DNA of 64,000 bases from a virus. Taxonomy: Duplodnaviria > Caudoviricetes. The position numbers and the translations under genes were made by a program. The DNA is taken from the IMG/VR virus record IMGVR_UViG_3300045391_004370, positions 5,461 to 69,460 of that record; one strand, written 5' to 3'. Of the stretch, positions 18,195-27,781 are shown one piece after another. The notes beneath the pieces are model-generated. The model ran no database searches. It was given only the letters and a program-made list of their open reading frames with translations, and had not been told where the DNA came from. Within the stretch, counting starts at the first letter, position 1. Every line of letters begins with the position of its first letter.

Positions 18195-18842
18195 TCATGA
18201 CTCCGGGATGACTTCGATTAGGGGCAATTGTGCGACGCTGAATGCATTGTAGTCGTCATAGGTGATGGTGAACTTGTCGGTACCGAATCTGACAGGCGTA
18301 TAGTACTTAAACCCTGCTTTAACCAGCTTTGTGCTTGCAGGCTCATGGCCACTCAAGAAGCGGATAATGCCTAACGCCTCGATTGAGTAATCCACACCCA
18401 ATGTCTTGAGCACACCATCCACGCTGATCAGAATGGTGGCAACGACCGGCTTGTAGACGATATAGTCGATCGACGTGTAGGCATCCGACCAGGTGCACTT
18501 CAACTGGTAGTCGGTCGTGACACCGTCGCCCGTACCGATCGTCTGATCCAACATCGTCACGTCAGCACCGAACGTCTCGTTGGAAGAATTATTCAACGGA
18601 TCGTTGTGCAGGAATCCACGAGCAGAACCAGCGCGCAGGCGGAAGAACTTCTGCAGGTCTAGAATGTCAGCTGGATTCTTGACTGGATAGGCTAAGTCGT
18701 ATGAACGACGCTCACCTGCCCAGTTTTGATTCCGCTGCTCACGACGGTTGGATAGTGTCGTGATCTGAGTCGAGAACTCAGGACCACCACCGGCACCGTA
18801 GCCGAACTTGGAACTCAGGACAACATCATCAAAGTCAGCCAT
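18195..18842 (-). CDS. Distal tail protein (DUF2460 / TIGR02217-like)
   Basis: GGPEFSTQI, REQRNQNW, FFRLRAGSARGF, IGTGDGVTT, PVRFGTD. Confidence 0.88.
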   Translation of the reverse strand: MADFDDVVLSSKFGYGAGGGPEFSTQITTLSNRREQRNQNWAGERRSYDLAYPVKNPADILDLQKFFRLRAGSARGFLHNDPLNNSSNETFGADVTMLDQTIGTGDGVTTDYQLKCTWSDAYTSIDYIVYKPVVATILISVDGVLKTLGVDYSIEALGIIRFLSGHEPASTKLVKAGFKYYTPVRFGTDKFTITYDDYNAFSVAQLPLIEVIPES

Positions 18843-21800
18843 TACCGAAGCCTTTGCGCTGCACGCTTCTGGATCAAGTCCATCCGAGAGGCGATCTGAT
18901 TCTCACTGTACCCGAAGCTAGGGGCATCCTTCGCGTACACATTCATGACCATCGGAGGCATGTTAGCATAACGCGCGTTCGATGTCATCTGCCTGTAGTT
19001 GTCGTTGTTGGACTCGACCATAGCCTTCACACCAAGACGACCACCGCCATCACGAGTCAGAGGCAGAAGCGCTTCGGAATCGCGACCCAATTCGCCGCCG
19101 ATGATAGGCCCGCTTGGACCCGAGAACATTGTTGCCCCAGGAAGCACCATTCCCTTAGCAGCGAACTGCACGCCACCAGAGAACGCACCGCCCTTCGCAA
19201 GGAAGGCGAACATGGAACCGATGTCGGCGAGGAACGAGAAGAAACCGCCAGAACTCGCTGCAGCCCCAGCGCTTGAAGAGGCGACATCGAACATTCCCAT
19301 AGCACCGGTGCCCCCGGAAGACATGCTCACAGCATCTGCAGCACCTCCACCGCCACCGAAGAGACTCCCGAGGAAGCTGAAGATGCCACCGCTGCTTCCA
19401 CCACCGCCGCCTCCTCCGCCGAAGAGGCTGAAGAGGCCACCTGCACCACTCTCCGAGCCTGTCTGTCCTTTGGGACCCAGACCATTTGTCCCAGTGATAG
19501 GTGACAGTAGCGCGTCAAAGATGGGCTTGATAACCTGCATCTTCAAAGCTTCGGCAAGGAGCTGATGCAACATATTCTGGACGACTTGCAGGAGGTTCTG
19601 CGACTTGGACGCAGTACCATCCAGCATGCTGGCGAGAGAGTCAGCAACCTGGCCGGCAGAATCCTGAATCGTCTTGGCAAACTGCTTCCAGAGCGACTCG
19701 GTATCCTTGATCTTAGGCTGCAACTGAGACCAATCGTACTGTGCATTGGTTTGCGCCTGCACAGCAGCAGTCACATTGTCGATAGCCTGCTTCTGTGCGA
19801 TAAGCGGATCGATCCCTTCCTTGATAAGCCTGTTCGTTTCGGCCTGGACAGCACCTGCAGCGATCATCTGCTCCATAAGGCTACGGGTAGCTTCCTGCTT
19901 CTGGTAGAGACGTTCGATCTCATCCAGCTCAGGTTTGCCCGCACCGCCACGGACAGCGCTGATCATCTGGTTGTAATGCGCCGTCTCATCGGCCAGCTTC
20001 TTTAAGGCGTTCTCGCCTGCCGCTTGATCGAGGCTCTCCAGTGCATCACGGAACGCGTTCGCTTTCTGCGTCGCCTCTTCGAAGGTAACGCCTGCAGCGA
20101 TAAGCGCATCGCGCCGCTGTTTGACAGCAGCATCGTTCTGCAACTGATGGTCCAATTGCTGCAGACTTGCCGCTCCAGTGTAAGCGTCCGAAGAGAGCGC
20201 CTGGATCTTCAGCGACATCTCGAAGAGTTCTTTGCCGGCATTAACACTGGCAGCTTCCCGCTGAGCGATCTGCAGGTCAACGAACGCCTTGGTGTATGCG
20301 TCCGTCGCTACCTTGATCTGTGCCATACCGTAATGTTGGCGAGTCATCTCATCGGTAATCTGCCGCAGCTTATCGCGCAGCTCATCGGTAGGCAACTTCT
20401 TGTAGGCGTTACCGAGGTCGTCCATGACTGCTCTGGACTGATTCTCGATATCATTGGCCTCGAGCAGTACCTTGTTCAAGGCAGTCTGCACGGTGAGGTG
20501 CTGCGTCGCCAGCTTGATGGCCGCGGCGTAATCGTCTTTCAAACCCTGCGCAAGCTGCGGATCTTTTTCAGCGAGACCGGACTTATCGATGAGCTTGCCG
20601 TAGCTCAGGATATCGTCACGTGCGGCGATCTGCTCGCGTGCCTTCTGCATCGCTTCAGCACCACGCTTGGATGCATCGGCCAGCTGATTGGCATCGGCCA
20701 GCATACGGAAGGCTTTCTGCTGTGCCGTGATCTCGTTGTCGGTGAACGCACCGCCTGCAAGTTCCTGGGCATTCTTCTCGCGTTCCCAGAGATCCGTGAG
20801 CTCTTGGACTTGACTCTTCGCGCGAGCCAGATCGCTGAGATGCTTCTGCAGCGTCTCATTGGCAGTCTTCATCTGCGCGTCGACGCCCTGCCAGGAAGCA
20901 ACACCTTCATTGGCACCCATCGCTGCAGCAATGTCGCCGTTCTTGCCTTCTTGCGCGTCCTTAATGTGCTGCAGAGTCTCGAGACGCTCTTTGTCCTTGG
21001 CAATCAAGTCATTGAGTGTACTGATCGCATCTCTCTGCTTGTCGACTTGCGTCTTTGTCGACTGAGCGGACTTCTCCTGTTCTTCGTGCACACCCTTGAG
21101 GCTGTCGATATAAGCCTGCGTCGTCTTGATTGTCTCTTTGACCTGCTTCTCTGCCTCGTCCGAATTGGCGCGCATGGCGAGAAACGCTACGGCAGCTGCG
21201 GTGATCCCGAGCGCAATGGCACCCCAAGGAGTCGAGGACATCAGGACAGTCAACGTTTCCCATGCAGCACCGATTGATGCCAGCAGAGCAGGTAGATCTG
21301 CTAGGGCAGTAACGACTGCACCGATACCCGCAAGTGCTGCAGGTGCGAAGGCAGCAGCGAACCCGATGCCAACCGCGATGACGGCCTGCTTCACCACGTC
21401 CATGTTCTTGGCGAGAAGCTCGAAGGACTGGGAAAGCAGATTCAGCGAGCCCATGTAGGACTTCGAGATGCCGAACGCCTGATCGAACGAGTGGTACAGG
21501 TCAGTTGTTGTAGTAGACAAACGCCCATACGCAGCATTCATCGAATCGACACGCGTAGTGTCAGTAATGTTGTACGTTGTGCGTAAGACCTCCACAAACT
21601 TGGGTAGGAAGTCAGTCGACATGATGCTGCCTGTGCGGAGCATCTTGTTGAATTGCTCCTGCGTCTTACCCATCGCTTCGGCAGCTAGCCGGAAGACGGG
21701 GATAGGCAACGCATTACCGAGCTGCCTCTGCAGTTCTTCTGCGGAGACTTTGCCCTTGGACAACATCTGCTGAACCGCAAGGAAGACGGATTCCATCTCG

Positions 21801-22759
21801 TCCTTGGACGCATGGAGTTTGGAGCCCAGCGCTGCAAAGGTATCGAACGCCTTTGTGACTTGTCCAGACGTCAAGCCGGAATTGTTGGCAGCAACCGCGA
21901 ACCTCGAGAAGCCATCGGCAAGCGTAAGGAAGTCAACGCCTAAGCGTAGGCTCTCTTCGTGTAGGTGGTCGAGCTGAGTTGTCGAGTAAGCAGCGGAACC
22001 GCCCATCGCTTTGAAACGCTGTTCAATCGTTCCGAGCTTCGTCGCTGTATCGATGGCTCCACTTGCCAGTTGGAATGTAGCTGCACCGACACCCACCAAA
22101 GCTGCCACGAAACCGCCAACTGCAGCGCTCTCGCGGCTCATGATGCTGGATAGCGCAGTAACACGTGCGCTCAAGCCTCCAAGCGGACCCGTTGCCAATG
22201 TGGCAGCATTCGCCAGATCGCGGAGAACGTTGGCAAATAGCCCACCGTTATTGTTCGGCTCTTGAGGCGGACTGAGCATACGCGCAATGTTGTTGCGCAT
22301 GGCAATCAGCTTCGAGGAACCGCTCTGCGTCTGCGAGAAGAAGACGTTCTGCGCTTGAGCCGATTCTTTAGTCAGCGCGATATAGTCAGTCAACACACGA
22401 CGGCTTGCGCCCATCGTCGCATTGAACTGCTCTTGTGCACGCTGCATCCCGAGCGATGATAGGCTCGTCTGTGTCAACGATCGAGTCAGCCGGTTGAAAG
22501 CTGCCGTTGTGACGTCGATGTTCGATTGCAGCGAGCCGGTATTCGCCATGCGCTGTTGCAGGGCAAGCGTCTGCTGAAGGGCAGCAAGTGCGGCTCTTTC
22601 TTGACGTGCGAGAGCTGCAGCTGCCTGCTGCGCTCCATCGCCTGTACGTCTGGCGGCTAATTGGACTGCATCCCCAAATTCACGGATGCGATTGATGGAC
22701 GCAGCAAGTGGGCTGGTGTTGATATCCAGACCGAAGTTCAGATCACCTAAGTTCAGCAT
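18842..22759 (-). CDS. Tape measure protein
   Basis: 1305 aa, Ala-rich and helical. QMLSKGKVSAEELQRQLG, central hydrophobic stretch, C-terminal AKGG...GELG..SEALLPL. Confidence 0.92.
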   Translation of the reverse strand: MLNLGDLNFGLDINTSPLAASINRIREFGDAVQLAARRTGDGAQQAAAALARQERAALAALQQTLALQQRMANTGSLQSNIDVTTAAFNRLTRSLTQTSLSSLGMQRAQEQFNATMGASRRVLTDYIALTKESAQAQNVFFSQTQSGSSKLIAMRNNIARMLSPPQEPNNNGGLFANVLRDLANAATLATGPLGGLSARVTALSSIMSRESAAVGGFVAALVGVGAATFQLASGAIDTATKLGTIEQRFKAMGGSAAYSTTQLDHLHEESLRLGVDFLTLADGFSRFAVAANNSGLTSGQVTKAFDTFAALGSKLHASKDEMESVFLAVQQMLSKGKVSAEELQRQLGNALPIPVFRLAAEAMGKTQEQFNKMLRTGSIMSTDFLPKFVEVLRTTYNITDTTRVDSMNAAYGRLSTTTTDLYHSFDQAFGISKSYMGSLNLLSQSFELLAKNMDVVKQAVIAVGIGFAAAFAPAALAGIGAVVTALADLPALLASIGAAWETLTVLMSSTPWGAIALGITAAAVAFLAMRANSDEAEKQVKETIKTTQAYIDSLKGVHEEQEKSAQSTKTQVDKQRDAISTLNDLIAKDKERLETLQHIKDAQEGKNGDIAAAMGANEGVASWQGVDAQMKTANETLQKHLSDLARAKSQVQELTDLWEREKNAQELAGGAFTDNEITAQQKAFRMLADANQLADASKRGAEAMQKAREQIAARDDILSYGKLIDKSGLAEKDPQLAQGLKDDYAAAIKLATQHLTVQTALNKVLLEANDIENQSRAVMDDLGNAYKKLPTDELRDKLRQITDEMTRQHYGMAQIKVATDAYTKAFVDLQIAQREAASVNAGKELFEMSLKIQALSSDAYTGAASLQQLDHQLQNDAAVKQRRDALIAAGVTFEEATQKANAFRDALESLDQAAGENALKKLADETAHYNQMISAVRGGAGKPELDEIERLYQKQEATRSLMEQMIAAGAVQAETNRLIKEGIDPLIAQKQAIDNVTAAVQAQTNAQYDWSQLQPKIKDTESLWKQFAKTIQDSAGQVADSLASMLDGTASKSQNLLQVVQNMLHQLLAEALKMQVIKPIFDALLSPITGTNGLGPKGQTGSESGAGGLFSLFGGGGGGGGSSGGIFSFLGSLFGGGGGAADAVSMSSGGTGAMGMFDVASSSAGAAASSGGFFSFLADIGSMFAFLAKGGAFSGGVQFAAKGMVLPGATMFSGPSGPIIGGELGRDSEALLPLTRDGGGRLGVKAMVESNNDNYRQMTSNARYANMPPMVMNVYAKDAPSFGYSENQIASRMDLIQKRAAQRLR

Positions 22760-22782
22760 CTGGCCCAGCCCACTTGTTGCAC

Positions 22783-22977
22783 TTAACGTTTACTACGTCG
22801 GACTCCACGTCGTGCTGCTTCGATGTCTCGTTCCCGTTCAGCGATCTCGCCCTTAACGGTAAAGTACCCGATCCAAAGCATTACTTCGTTAAAGTCCATT
22901 TCCATCAGTTCCGGGAGGCCTTTCTTGAGCTCTGTTCCGATATACATCAGGTCAAAGAGAAAGGCATCCCGTCTTAG
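22783..22977 (-). CDS. gpT-like extension of the tail assembly chaperone, reached by -1 frameshift (not in ORF track)
   Basis: -1 frame after A-AAA-AAC reads LRRDAFLFDLMYIGTELKKGLPELMEMDFNEVMLWIGYF...SKR-stop and ends just before the TMP gene. Confidence 0.8.
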   Translation of the reverse strand, partial: LRRDAFLFDLMYIGTELKKGLPELMEMDFNEVMLWIGYFTVKGEIAERERDIEAARRGVRRSKR

Positions 22978-23321
22978 TTTTTTGCGGCGTCATCCGCCTG
23001 AATATTGACGTTCGTCAGCTCCGAGATGGCAGTCTGGAGGCGCGTCAGGTCTTCACCGAACGGCATCTCCATCAGCTGGTCTTCGTCAGCTTCCTCGAAC
23101 ACCTTCTCGTCCGTTCCAGGGACGTAGCAGTACTGGATCAGCGTGCTGATCAGCATCTGCTTGATGTTCTTTTCGCCGGCATTGCGCAGGTCCAGCACGA
23201 CACCGACCTTGGGCTGACGAACCTCGATCTGTTCACCGAAGAAGTCAACAAGCTTGCTTTTGGGCTTGGTATTCGTCGAGCTAAAGATGCTCGAACGCAG
23301 TTCTGCACGACTCTTGGCCAT
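22974..23321 (-). CDS. Tail assembly chaperone (gpG-like)
   Basis: Lies between tail tube and TMP genes and ends in a slippery site. Confidence 0.8.
   Translation of the reverse strand: MAKSRAELRSSIFSSTNTKPKSKLVDFFGEQIEVRQPKVGVVLDLRNAGEKNIKQMLISTLIQYCYVPGTDEKVFEEADEDQLMEMPFGEDLTRLQTAISELTNVNIQADDAAKN
22977..22983 (-). other. Programmed -1 ribosomal frameshift slippery heptamer A AAA AAC
   Basis: GCA AAA AAC TAA at the end of the chaperone ORF; X-XXY-YYZ pattern. Confidence 0.8.
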
Positions 23322-23369
23322 TGTAGTCTCCGTGGGCTGTTAACTGTTGTGGGCGGGCAGGCTAGGCTA

Positions 23370-23405
23370 TTTAAAAGAGGCGGATGGTTGTTACACCACC
23401 CGCCT
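23370..23405 (-). terminator. Rho-independent terminator after the tail tube gene
   Basis: Minus strand AGGCGGGTGG-loop-CCATCCGCCT followed by CTTTT. Confidence 0.65.
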
Positions 23406-23450
23406 TAGTTGCTACCCCTTGTCAAGGGTAGGTCGGGAGAAAGCACTCAC

Positions 23451-24494
23451 TTACGGAACGGCGGTCTGCGTACCGGAGATCTGGAAGGTGCACGAGAAGG
23501 TATTGATCGCGTCCACACCACCGGCAAGGCTGATTTCCGTGACGAAGCACTCATCGGCTTCGAAGCCATTCGTGCCATCCGGGAGATACTGCACTGCGAT
23601 CGCCGAACCGTCCACCCAGGCTGTGAGGCTCTTGACGAGCGCCATCGGGATGGTGGAAGCGGTGTGTGTCCAGCTGAAGGGCAGCGGCAGTAGATCGTCA
23701 TCCGGAACGTTGAGGCTGAACTTGGCAGTCGACGTTTCGATCGCGCCGACGTTGCCGTCCAGCTGCACATCCGTGCAACGGAAGAAGCCGCGTGCAACCG
23801 ATTGTCCCGAACCATCCGGGCAGATCTCGATGATGATCTCCGCGCGGGAATCCAGGATGTCGCCCAGACTGTTGGCGGCGTCGTAGAAACCCTTGACGCT
23901 GAGCTCGACGGTCTTCAGACCCTGCTGATAGGTCTTGTGACCGCTATTGCCCTGCAGAGTTTCGAAGTCCGAGGTATCGGTCGAGTCTGCTGTTTGGGTC
24001 AGCGTGAAGGAGTTCGACTTGGCAATCACTGCCATCGGGAGGTAATGGTAATCGAGTGTGACGGCGCCCACGACGGTGTAGGAACCCTTGAAGGTCACTG
24101 TACCCGTCAGGTAGTCGATCGACAAAACCTGTGCAGTCACATCGGTGACACCGTCGAGCACTGTGACCGTATTGGAGCGATCCATGTACCGCTTGGTAGC
24201 ACTAGTCACCTGATAGATCTGCCCCGACACATGAGTCGTTGCTTCGCCTGAGGTGAGAGTGCTGGAGCCGCTCTTCTTGAGCGTGGCAACGTAACCCGCG
24301 AAGCCTTTGAAGAAGGCATTGCAGGTGATCTTGCCGTCGATGGAAGTCGGCTGCATGGATTTGAACTGCGTACCGAAGACGGTATCGTCCACGGCTGCAG
24401 AGGTGTTCTGAAGCTGACCGGTGTTACCCGGCATCGTGTACCAATTGCTTCCCGAGTCATCGGAAACGCGGATACGCTTTGCTGCGACAGTCAT
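23451..24494 (-). CDS. Major tail (tube) protein, apparently two tube domains
   Basis: Two tube-like patterns (TADSTDTSDF...QQGLKTVELS and TSAAVDDTVF...SIDGKIT). Follows the tail terminator gene. Confidence 0.8.
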   Translation of the reverse strand: MTVAAKRIRVSDDSGSNWYTMPGNTGQLQNTSAAVDDTVFGTQFKSMQPTSIDGKITCNAFFKGFAGYVATLKKSGSSTLTSGEATTHVSGQIYQVTSATKRYMDRSNTVTVLDGVTDVTAQVLSIDYLTGTVTFKGSYTVVGAVTLDYHYLPMAVIAKSNSFTLTQTADSTDTSDFETLQGNSGHKTYQQGLKTVELSVKGFYDAANSLGDILDSRAEIIIEICPDGSGQSVARGFFRCTDVQLDGNVGAIETSTAKFSLNVPDDDLLPLPFSWTHTASTIPMALVKSLTAWVDGSAIAVQYLPDGTNGFEADECFVTEISLAGGVDAINTFSCTFQISGTQTAVP

Positions 24495-24508
24495 GACGTA
24501 CGCTCCTC

Positions 24509-24964
24509 TTATGTGTCGCGGTTACCCGCGTTGCTGGGTTCAATGATTAGGCTGAAGTTCACTGCGAACGCCGGCCTATTGTTCTCGTCCTGGCCTAGAT
24601 CGACGATATCGCCAATCATCCAAATGCCTGTCCACCGATCGCCACCCAGGTCGAAGCTCGGTTTGCCAAGGAGCGCATCCTTGATTCGCCTTGCCTGACC
24701 ATCTGCAGCAACATACTCACCTACTTTGCCGCGAACTCGAACTTGCACGCTCGGATAGTCGATATTGTGCGCCGGATTAGGCGTTTTACCTCCCGTCCGA
24801 CGTATGCTGATAAGCCGGTCAGGCTTATCGATTACTGGACCTACAACAATCGGCCATCCTGTATTGCCTGTGTCGGTTCCGGGATACACATATCCGAGAC
24901 CCGCCGTGCTTAGGATCGACTGGATCCCTTCAGGTGGCGTCATGTAACCGCTCGGGCTACCCAT
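24509..24964 (-). CDS. Tail terminator / completion protein
   Basis: DYPSVQVRVRG, LGQDENNRP.F.VNF. Neck position. Confidence 0.7.
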   Translation of the reverse strand: MGSPSGYMTPPEGIQSILSTAGLGYVYPGTDTGNTGWPIVVGPVIDKPDRLISIRRTGGKTPNPAHNIDYPSVQVRVRGKVGEYVAADGQARRIKDALLGKPSFDLGGDRWTGIWMIGDIVDLGQDENNRPAFAVNFSLIIEPSNAGNRDT

Positions 24965-25431
24965 TATGTACCTGCCGCGAGCTTCATGCCTTCAATAATG
25001 CGCGCCTGAACGAGCTCCTGACTCTCCTCTAGTGCCCTTTGTAGGAATTTCGCCTGTGTGGGAGGGCGATGATGCATCTCCAGGTTTTCATGTACAAAAA
25101 CAGCGTAGTGAGGATTTCCTCCACGAGCATATCCGATCTCTGCTGTTGCTCGGCCTCGACTTGTTGAAGCCTCAAGGTAAAAGGAGTCGTGGAGTTCGCC
25201 GGTTCGATAGGGAACATATTCCTGACTCTTTTCGCCAACAGGCTCCAAGGCGTACAACAGGACTTCAGCAGACTGGACTTGCATGTGATCGATGAAGTCC
25301 TGGTAATTCTGCATGATTGCGTCGAGCTGGCTTTTGACCTGGTTTCCAAAGTCTGCTTCGGATGTAAGTGCCATCCGCCCCCTGTAGAAGGCTCGCCCAA
25401 TACGCGGCTGGAACTTGACGATGCTACTCAC
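24964..25431 (-). CDS. HK97 gp10-like tail completion protein
   Basis: VPYRTGELHDS, YAVFVHE, QAKFLQRAL. Confidence 0.75.
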   Translation of the reverse strand: MSSIVKFQPRIGRAFYRGRMALTSEADFGNQVKSQLDAIMQNYQDFIDHMQVQSAEVLLYALEPVGEKSQEYVPYRTGELHDSFYLEASTSRGRATAEIGYARGGNPHYAVFVHENLEMHHRPPTQAKFLQRALEESQELVQARIIEGMKLAAGT

Positions 25432-25757
25432 AAGATTGCCCTAATCTCGTCACGTACGCGTCTCAAATCAGGAGTCCTTGCAAGACCTCTGATTTCAAAC
25501 GCACCCGTCACATCTGCAGGGGAAGACTCTTCGCTGTTATCGCCCTGAGCGAGATAGCCCCCTAAAACCACTTCCGTTCCTGTTGGGAAGAAGATAACCG
25601 CCTTACTGACGGCAATCTTGCCGGATTGATCGACAAACTGATCGTTCCGGTCTTCCCACCGTGCATCCAACAATACAGGGGCCTTAAAAGTGACCCCCCC
25701 GAACCCATCTGATCCTGCCACTTCCCAGTAAGTGACACAGTCCTTGAAGGGGTTCAA
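25428..25757 (-). CDS. Head closure (stopper) protein
   Basis: DGFGG..F.APV....RWED pattern. Neck position. Confidence 0.7.
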   Translation of the reverse strand: MNPFKDCVTYWEVAGSDGFGGVTFKAPVLLDARWEDRNDQFVDQSGKIAVSKAVIFFPTGTEVVLGGYLAQGDNSEESSPADVTGAFEIRGLARTPDLRRVRDEIRAIL

Positions 25758-26158
25758 TAGCAGCTCCCATACTTCGGAGGCTGTACGCTACGCACCACCT
25801 GAAAACGCGCCTTCTTTGCAGACATCGAGGCTGCCAGTGTACCCGAAGTATCGAGTGACAAGACAGCTTGCCCGAAAGAAGTCGAACTCAAGCCTTGCAG
25901 ATCACTTTTGATTTGCCGGAACTGATCGGTGCTTTGACCCACTTTGCTCGAGGTCAGTCCACCGCGTTCCTTTGCCGTCGTGTAAAAATGAGCAGCCAGG
26001 TAAAGTTCAATCTGGTTCAGACGATCAGACGAGAGCCCACTTCCCGCCAGATCTTCTGACCGGATGAGGGCGGCAACGTCCAAGAAAGGCTGGAGGTCGG
26101 CATCTTTCGTACCGTGAGAGACTTCGACCAACAACCTTAGCTGAGCTGCACTGACCAT
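25754..26158 (-). CDS. Head-tail adaptor
   Basis: IELYLAAHF, T.FGQ..L.LD. First gene after the MCP. Confidence 0.75.
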   Translation of the reverse strand: MVSAAQLRLLVEVSHGTKDADLQPFLDVAALIRSEDLAGSGLSSDRLNQIELYLAAHFYTTAKERGGLTSSKVGQSTDQFRQIKSDLQGLSSTSFGQAVLSLDTSGTLAASMSAKKARFQVVRSVQPPKYGSCY

Positions 26159-26215
26159 CTAAGAACCCTACCTGGCTGCCTCGCATACTTCCAAGTTCTA
26201 CCCGACCAAGGGAGA

Positions 26216-27226
26216 TTAGAACGTGTAGTACGCGATACCCGACTGAGACGTATAAGTCTCTTTCATGCGCGGAACCAAGATGCACATCACCTTGAAGTTC
26301 TGCACCATGCCGCCCTGGCTTTCCCACTGGACGGCAGTCGGCTGGATACCATCGACCATGTCGACGATATCCGAGGTGAACTGCACAACCACGATACCGG
26401 CCGTCAGGTTGGTCGACGGCTTGATGTCGCGGATGCCCGGGATGGCCTTGAGGCGTTCCAGGATCGTGCGATCCGAGTTCGCCTTGTAGTCGGCCGACAT
26501 GTTGGTGAACGCCGCATCGGGCACGTACACCATGTACGGTCCAAACATGCGATTCGGCGCCGCTTGCAGGTCTTCGATGACACCCAGCAGATCGCCCAGC
26601 ATGTTTTCGCCGGTGGTCACGCCGGAAGTCCAGTCGTGACCCAGAGAGGCAGTGAGGCGTCCCGGAGCATTGGTGTAGCCATACACCGTACCGGCGAGCG
26701 TTCCCAACGCAGGTCCGCCGGTGAAGAGCATGGATTCCACCTTCTCCGCGACGATGCGCGAAGCCAGATCGACCTGAGTCAGATCCAACGGGTGGTTGTT
26801 GCGACGCGACGCGGCGAGTGCACGGATGTTGATGTTGAAGTCCTTGTGCACGATCGGCAGCGGCACGAAGTTCATGTCGAACTGAACTCGGTCGTTGCGA
26901 CCCTGCGAAAGGCCGGACATCGACACCTCGGCATCGCCGAAGTCGGAGATGCGTTCCCATTCCAGGCGGGTAACGCCCAGAGCATCGGAAACGCCGTACG
27001 ACAGGCCGGCAGCGAAAAGGTCGTTGACGCCCACCAGCCGCTGACGCGCGACGGTGACAACCCGTTCATCCACCGCGATCCAGTCGCGATAGCGCAGCAC
27101 ATCGTTGGTGCGCAAAGCGGCGATATTCATGCCGTTGGCGAGCAGACGCTGTGCTAGAGGCCCCTGGCCAACAAGGCCTCCGGAGCCATTCGGCGACAGA
27201 ATGTCCACCGAAACCGTACGATCCAT
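26216..27226 (-). CDS. Major capsid protein (HK97 fold, encapsulin/Linocin-like subfamily)
   Basis: VPLPIVHKDFNINIR, YGYTNAP, strongly biased codon use, position after the decoration gene. Confidence 0.88.
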   Translation of the reverse strand: MDRTVSVDILSPNGSGGLVGQGPLAQRLLANGMNIAALRTNDVLRYRDWIAVDERVVTVARQRLVGVNDLFAAGLSYGVSDALGVTRLEWERISDFGDAEVSMSGLSQGRNDRVQFDMNFVPLPIVHKDFNINIRALAASRRNNHPLDLTQVDLASRIVAEKVESMLFTGGPALGTLAGTVYGYTNAPGRLTASLGHDWTSGVTTGENMLGDLLGVIEDLQAAPNRMFGPYMVYVPDAAFTNMSADYKANSDRTILERLKAIPGIRDIKPSTNLTAGIVVVQFTSDIVDMVDGIQPTAVQWESQGGMVQNFKVMCILVPRMKETYTSQSGIAYYTF

Positions 27227-27269
27227 TTTGCAGTTCCTTCTAGTTGGCCGTGATCGGTACGGCGTGTGG

Positions 27270-27740
27270 TTACAGGAGGCTGACGATCAGCTGCACGATG
27301 CCCGAACCACCGGAATTGTCGATGGCTTCTTCGGCTTGTGCAATCGCCACACCCGCGGAAGTGTAGGTGTAGTTGCCGGTCGTCAGCTGCGACTCGGCAG
27401 TACGCTTACGCAGTGTACCGTCACCGGCCGATTCGAGAAGGTCGCCCTTCACGATCGCAGCGGCGCCTGCGGCGATATTGCACTGCACTTCCATGCCGGA
27501 ATAGCAGTCTTCCGCCAACACATTGTCGGTGCTGGCATAGTTGGTGTCGATGCCCTTGCCGAAGAGTTCGTTTTCGACGGCAAACAGCCGGCGAGCGGGA
27601 CCCTTCGCAGTGGCATGACGGATGAACTGACCGGACGAGTTGACCGTGAGAAGGTCACCCGGCTGGATGGCTCCTCCGGCAATGGCTTCCTTGCGGATAC
27701 CACGGCCCTTGAGGATGACGGTGTGCTTTCCACCGGACAT
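27270..27740 (-). CDS. Capsid decoration/cement protein
   Basis: EAIAGGAIQPG, GDLLESAGDGTLR. Between protease and MCP. Confidence 0.7.
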   Translation of the reverse strand: MSGGKHTVILKGRGIRKEAIAGGAIQPGDLLTVNSSGQFIRHATAKGPARRLFAVENELFGKGIDTNYASTDNVLAEDCYSGMEVQCNIAAGAAAIVKGDLLESAGDGTLRKRTAESQLTTGNYTYTSAGVAIAQAEEAIDNSGGSGIVQLIVSLL

Positions 27741-27781
27741 ATTGAACTCCTGACTGTGAGGTGGTTTCTAGGCCGTGTTAC

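Noticed and set aside
20024-21277. 417-aa + strand ORF, and similar long antisense ORFs over the tail and head genes
   Set aside because: Fully antisense to the tape measure gene, with no RBS or motifs. Expected from third-position GC bias.
26025-26960. 311-aa same-strand ORF overlapping the major capsid gene
   Set aside because: Alternate frame, Arg/Gly-rich composition typical of shadows, and no RBS.
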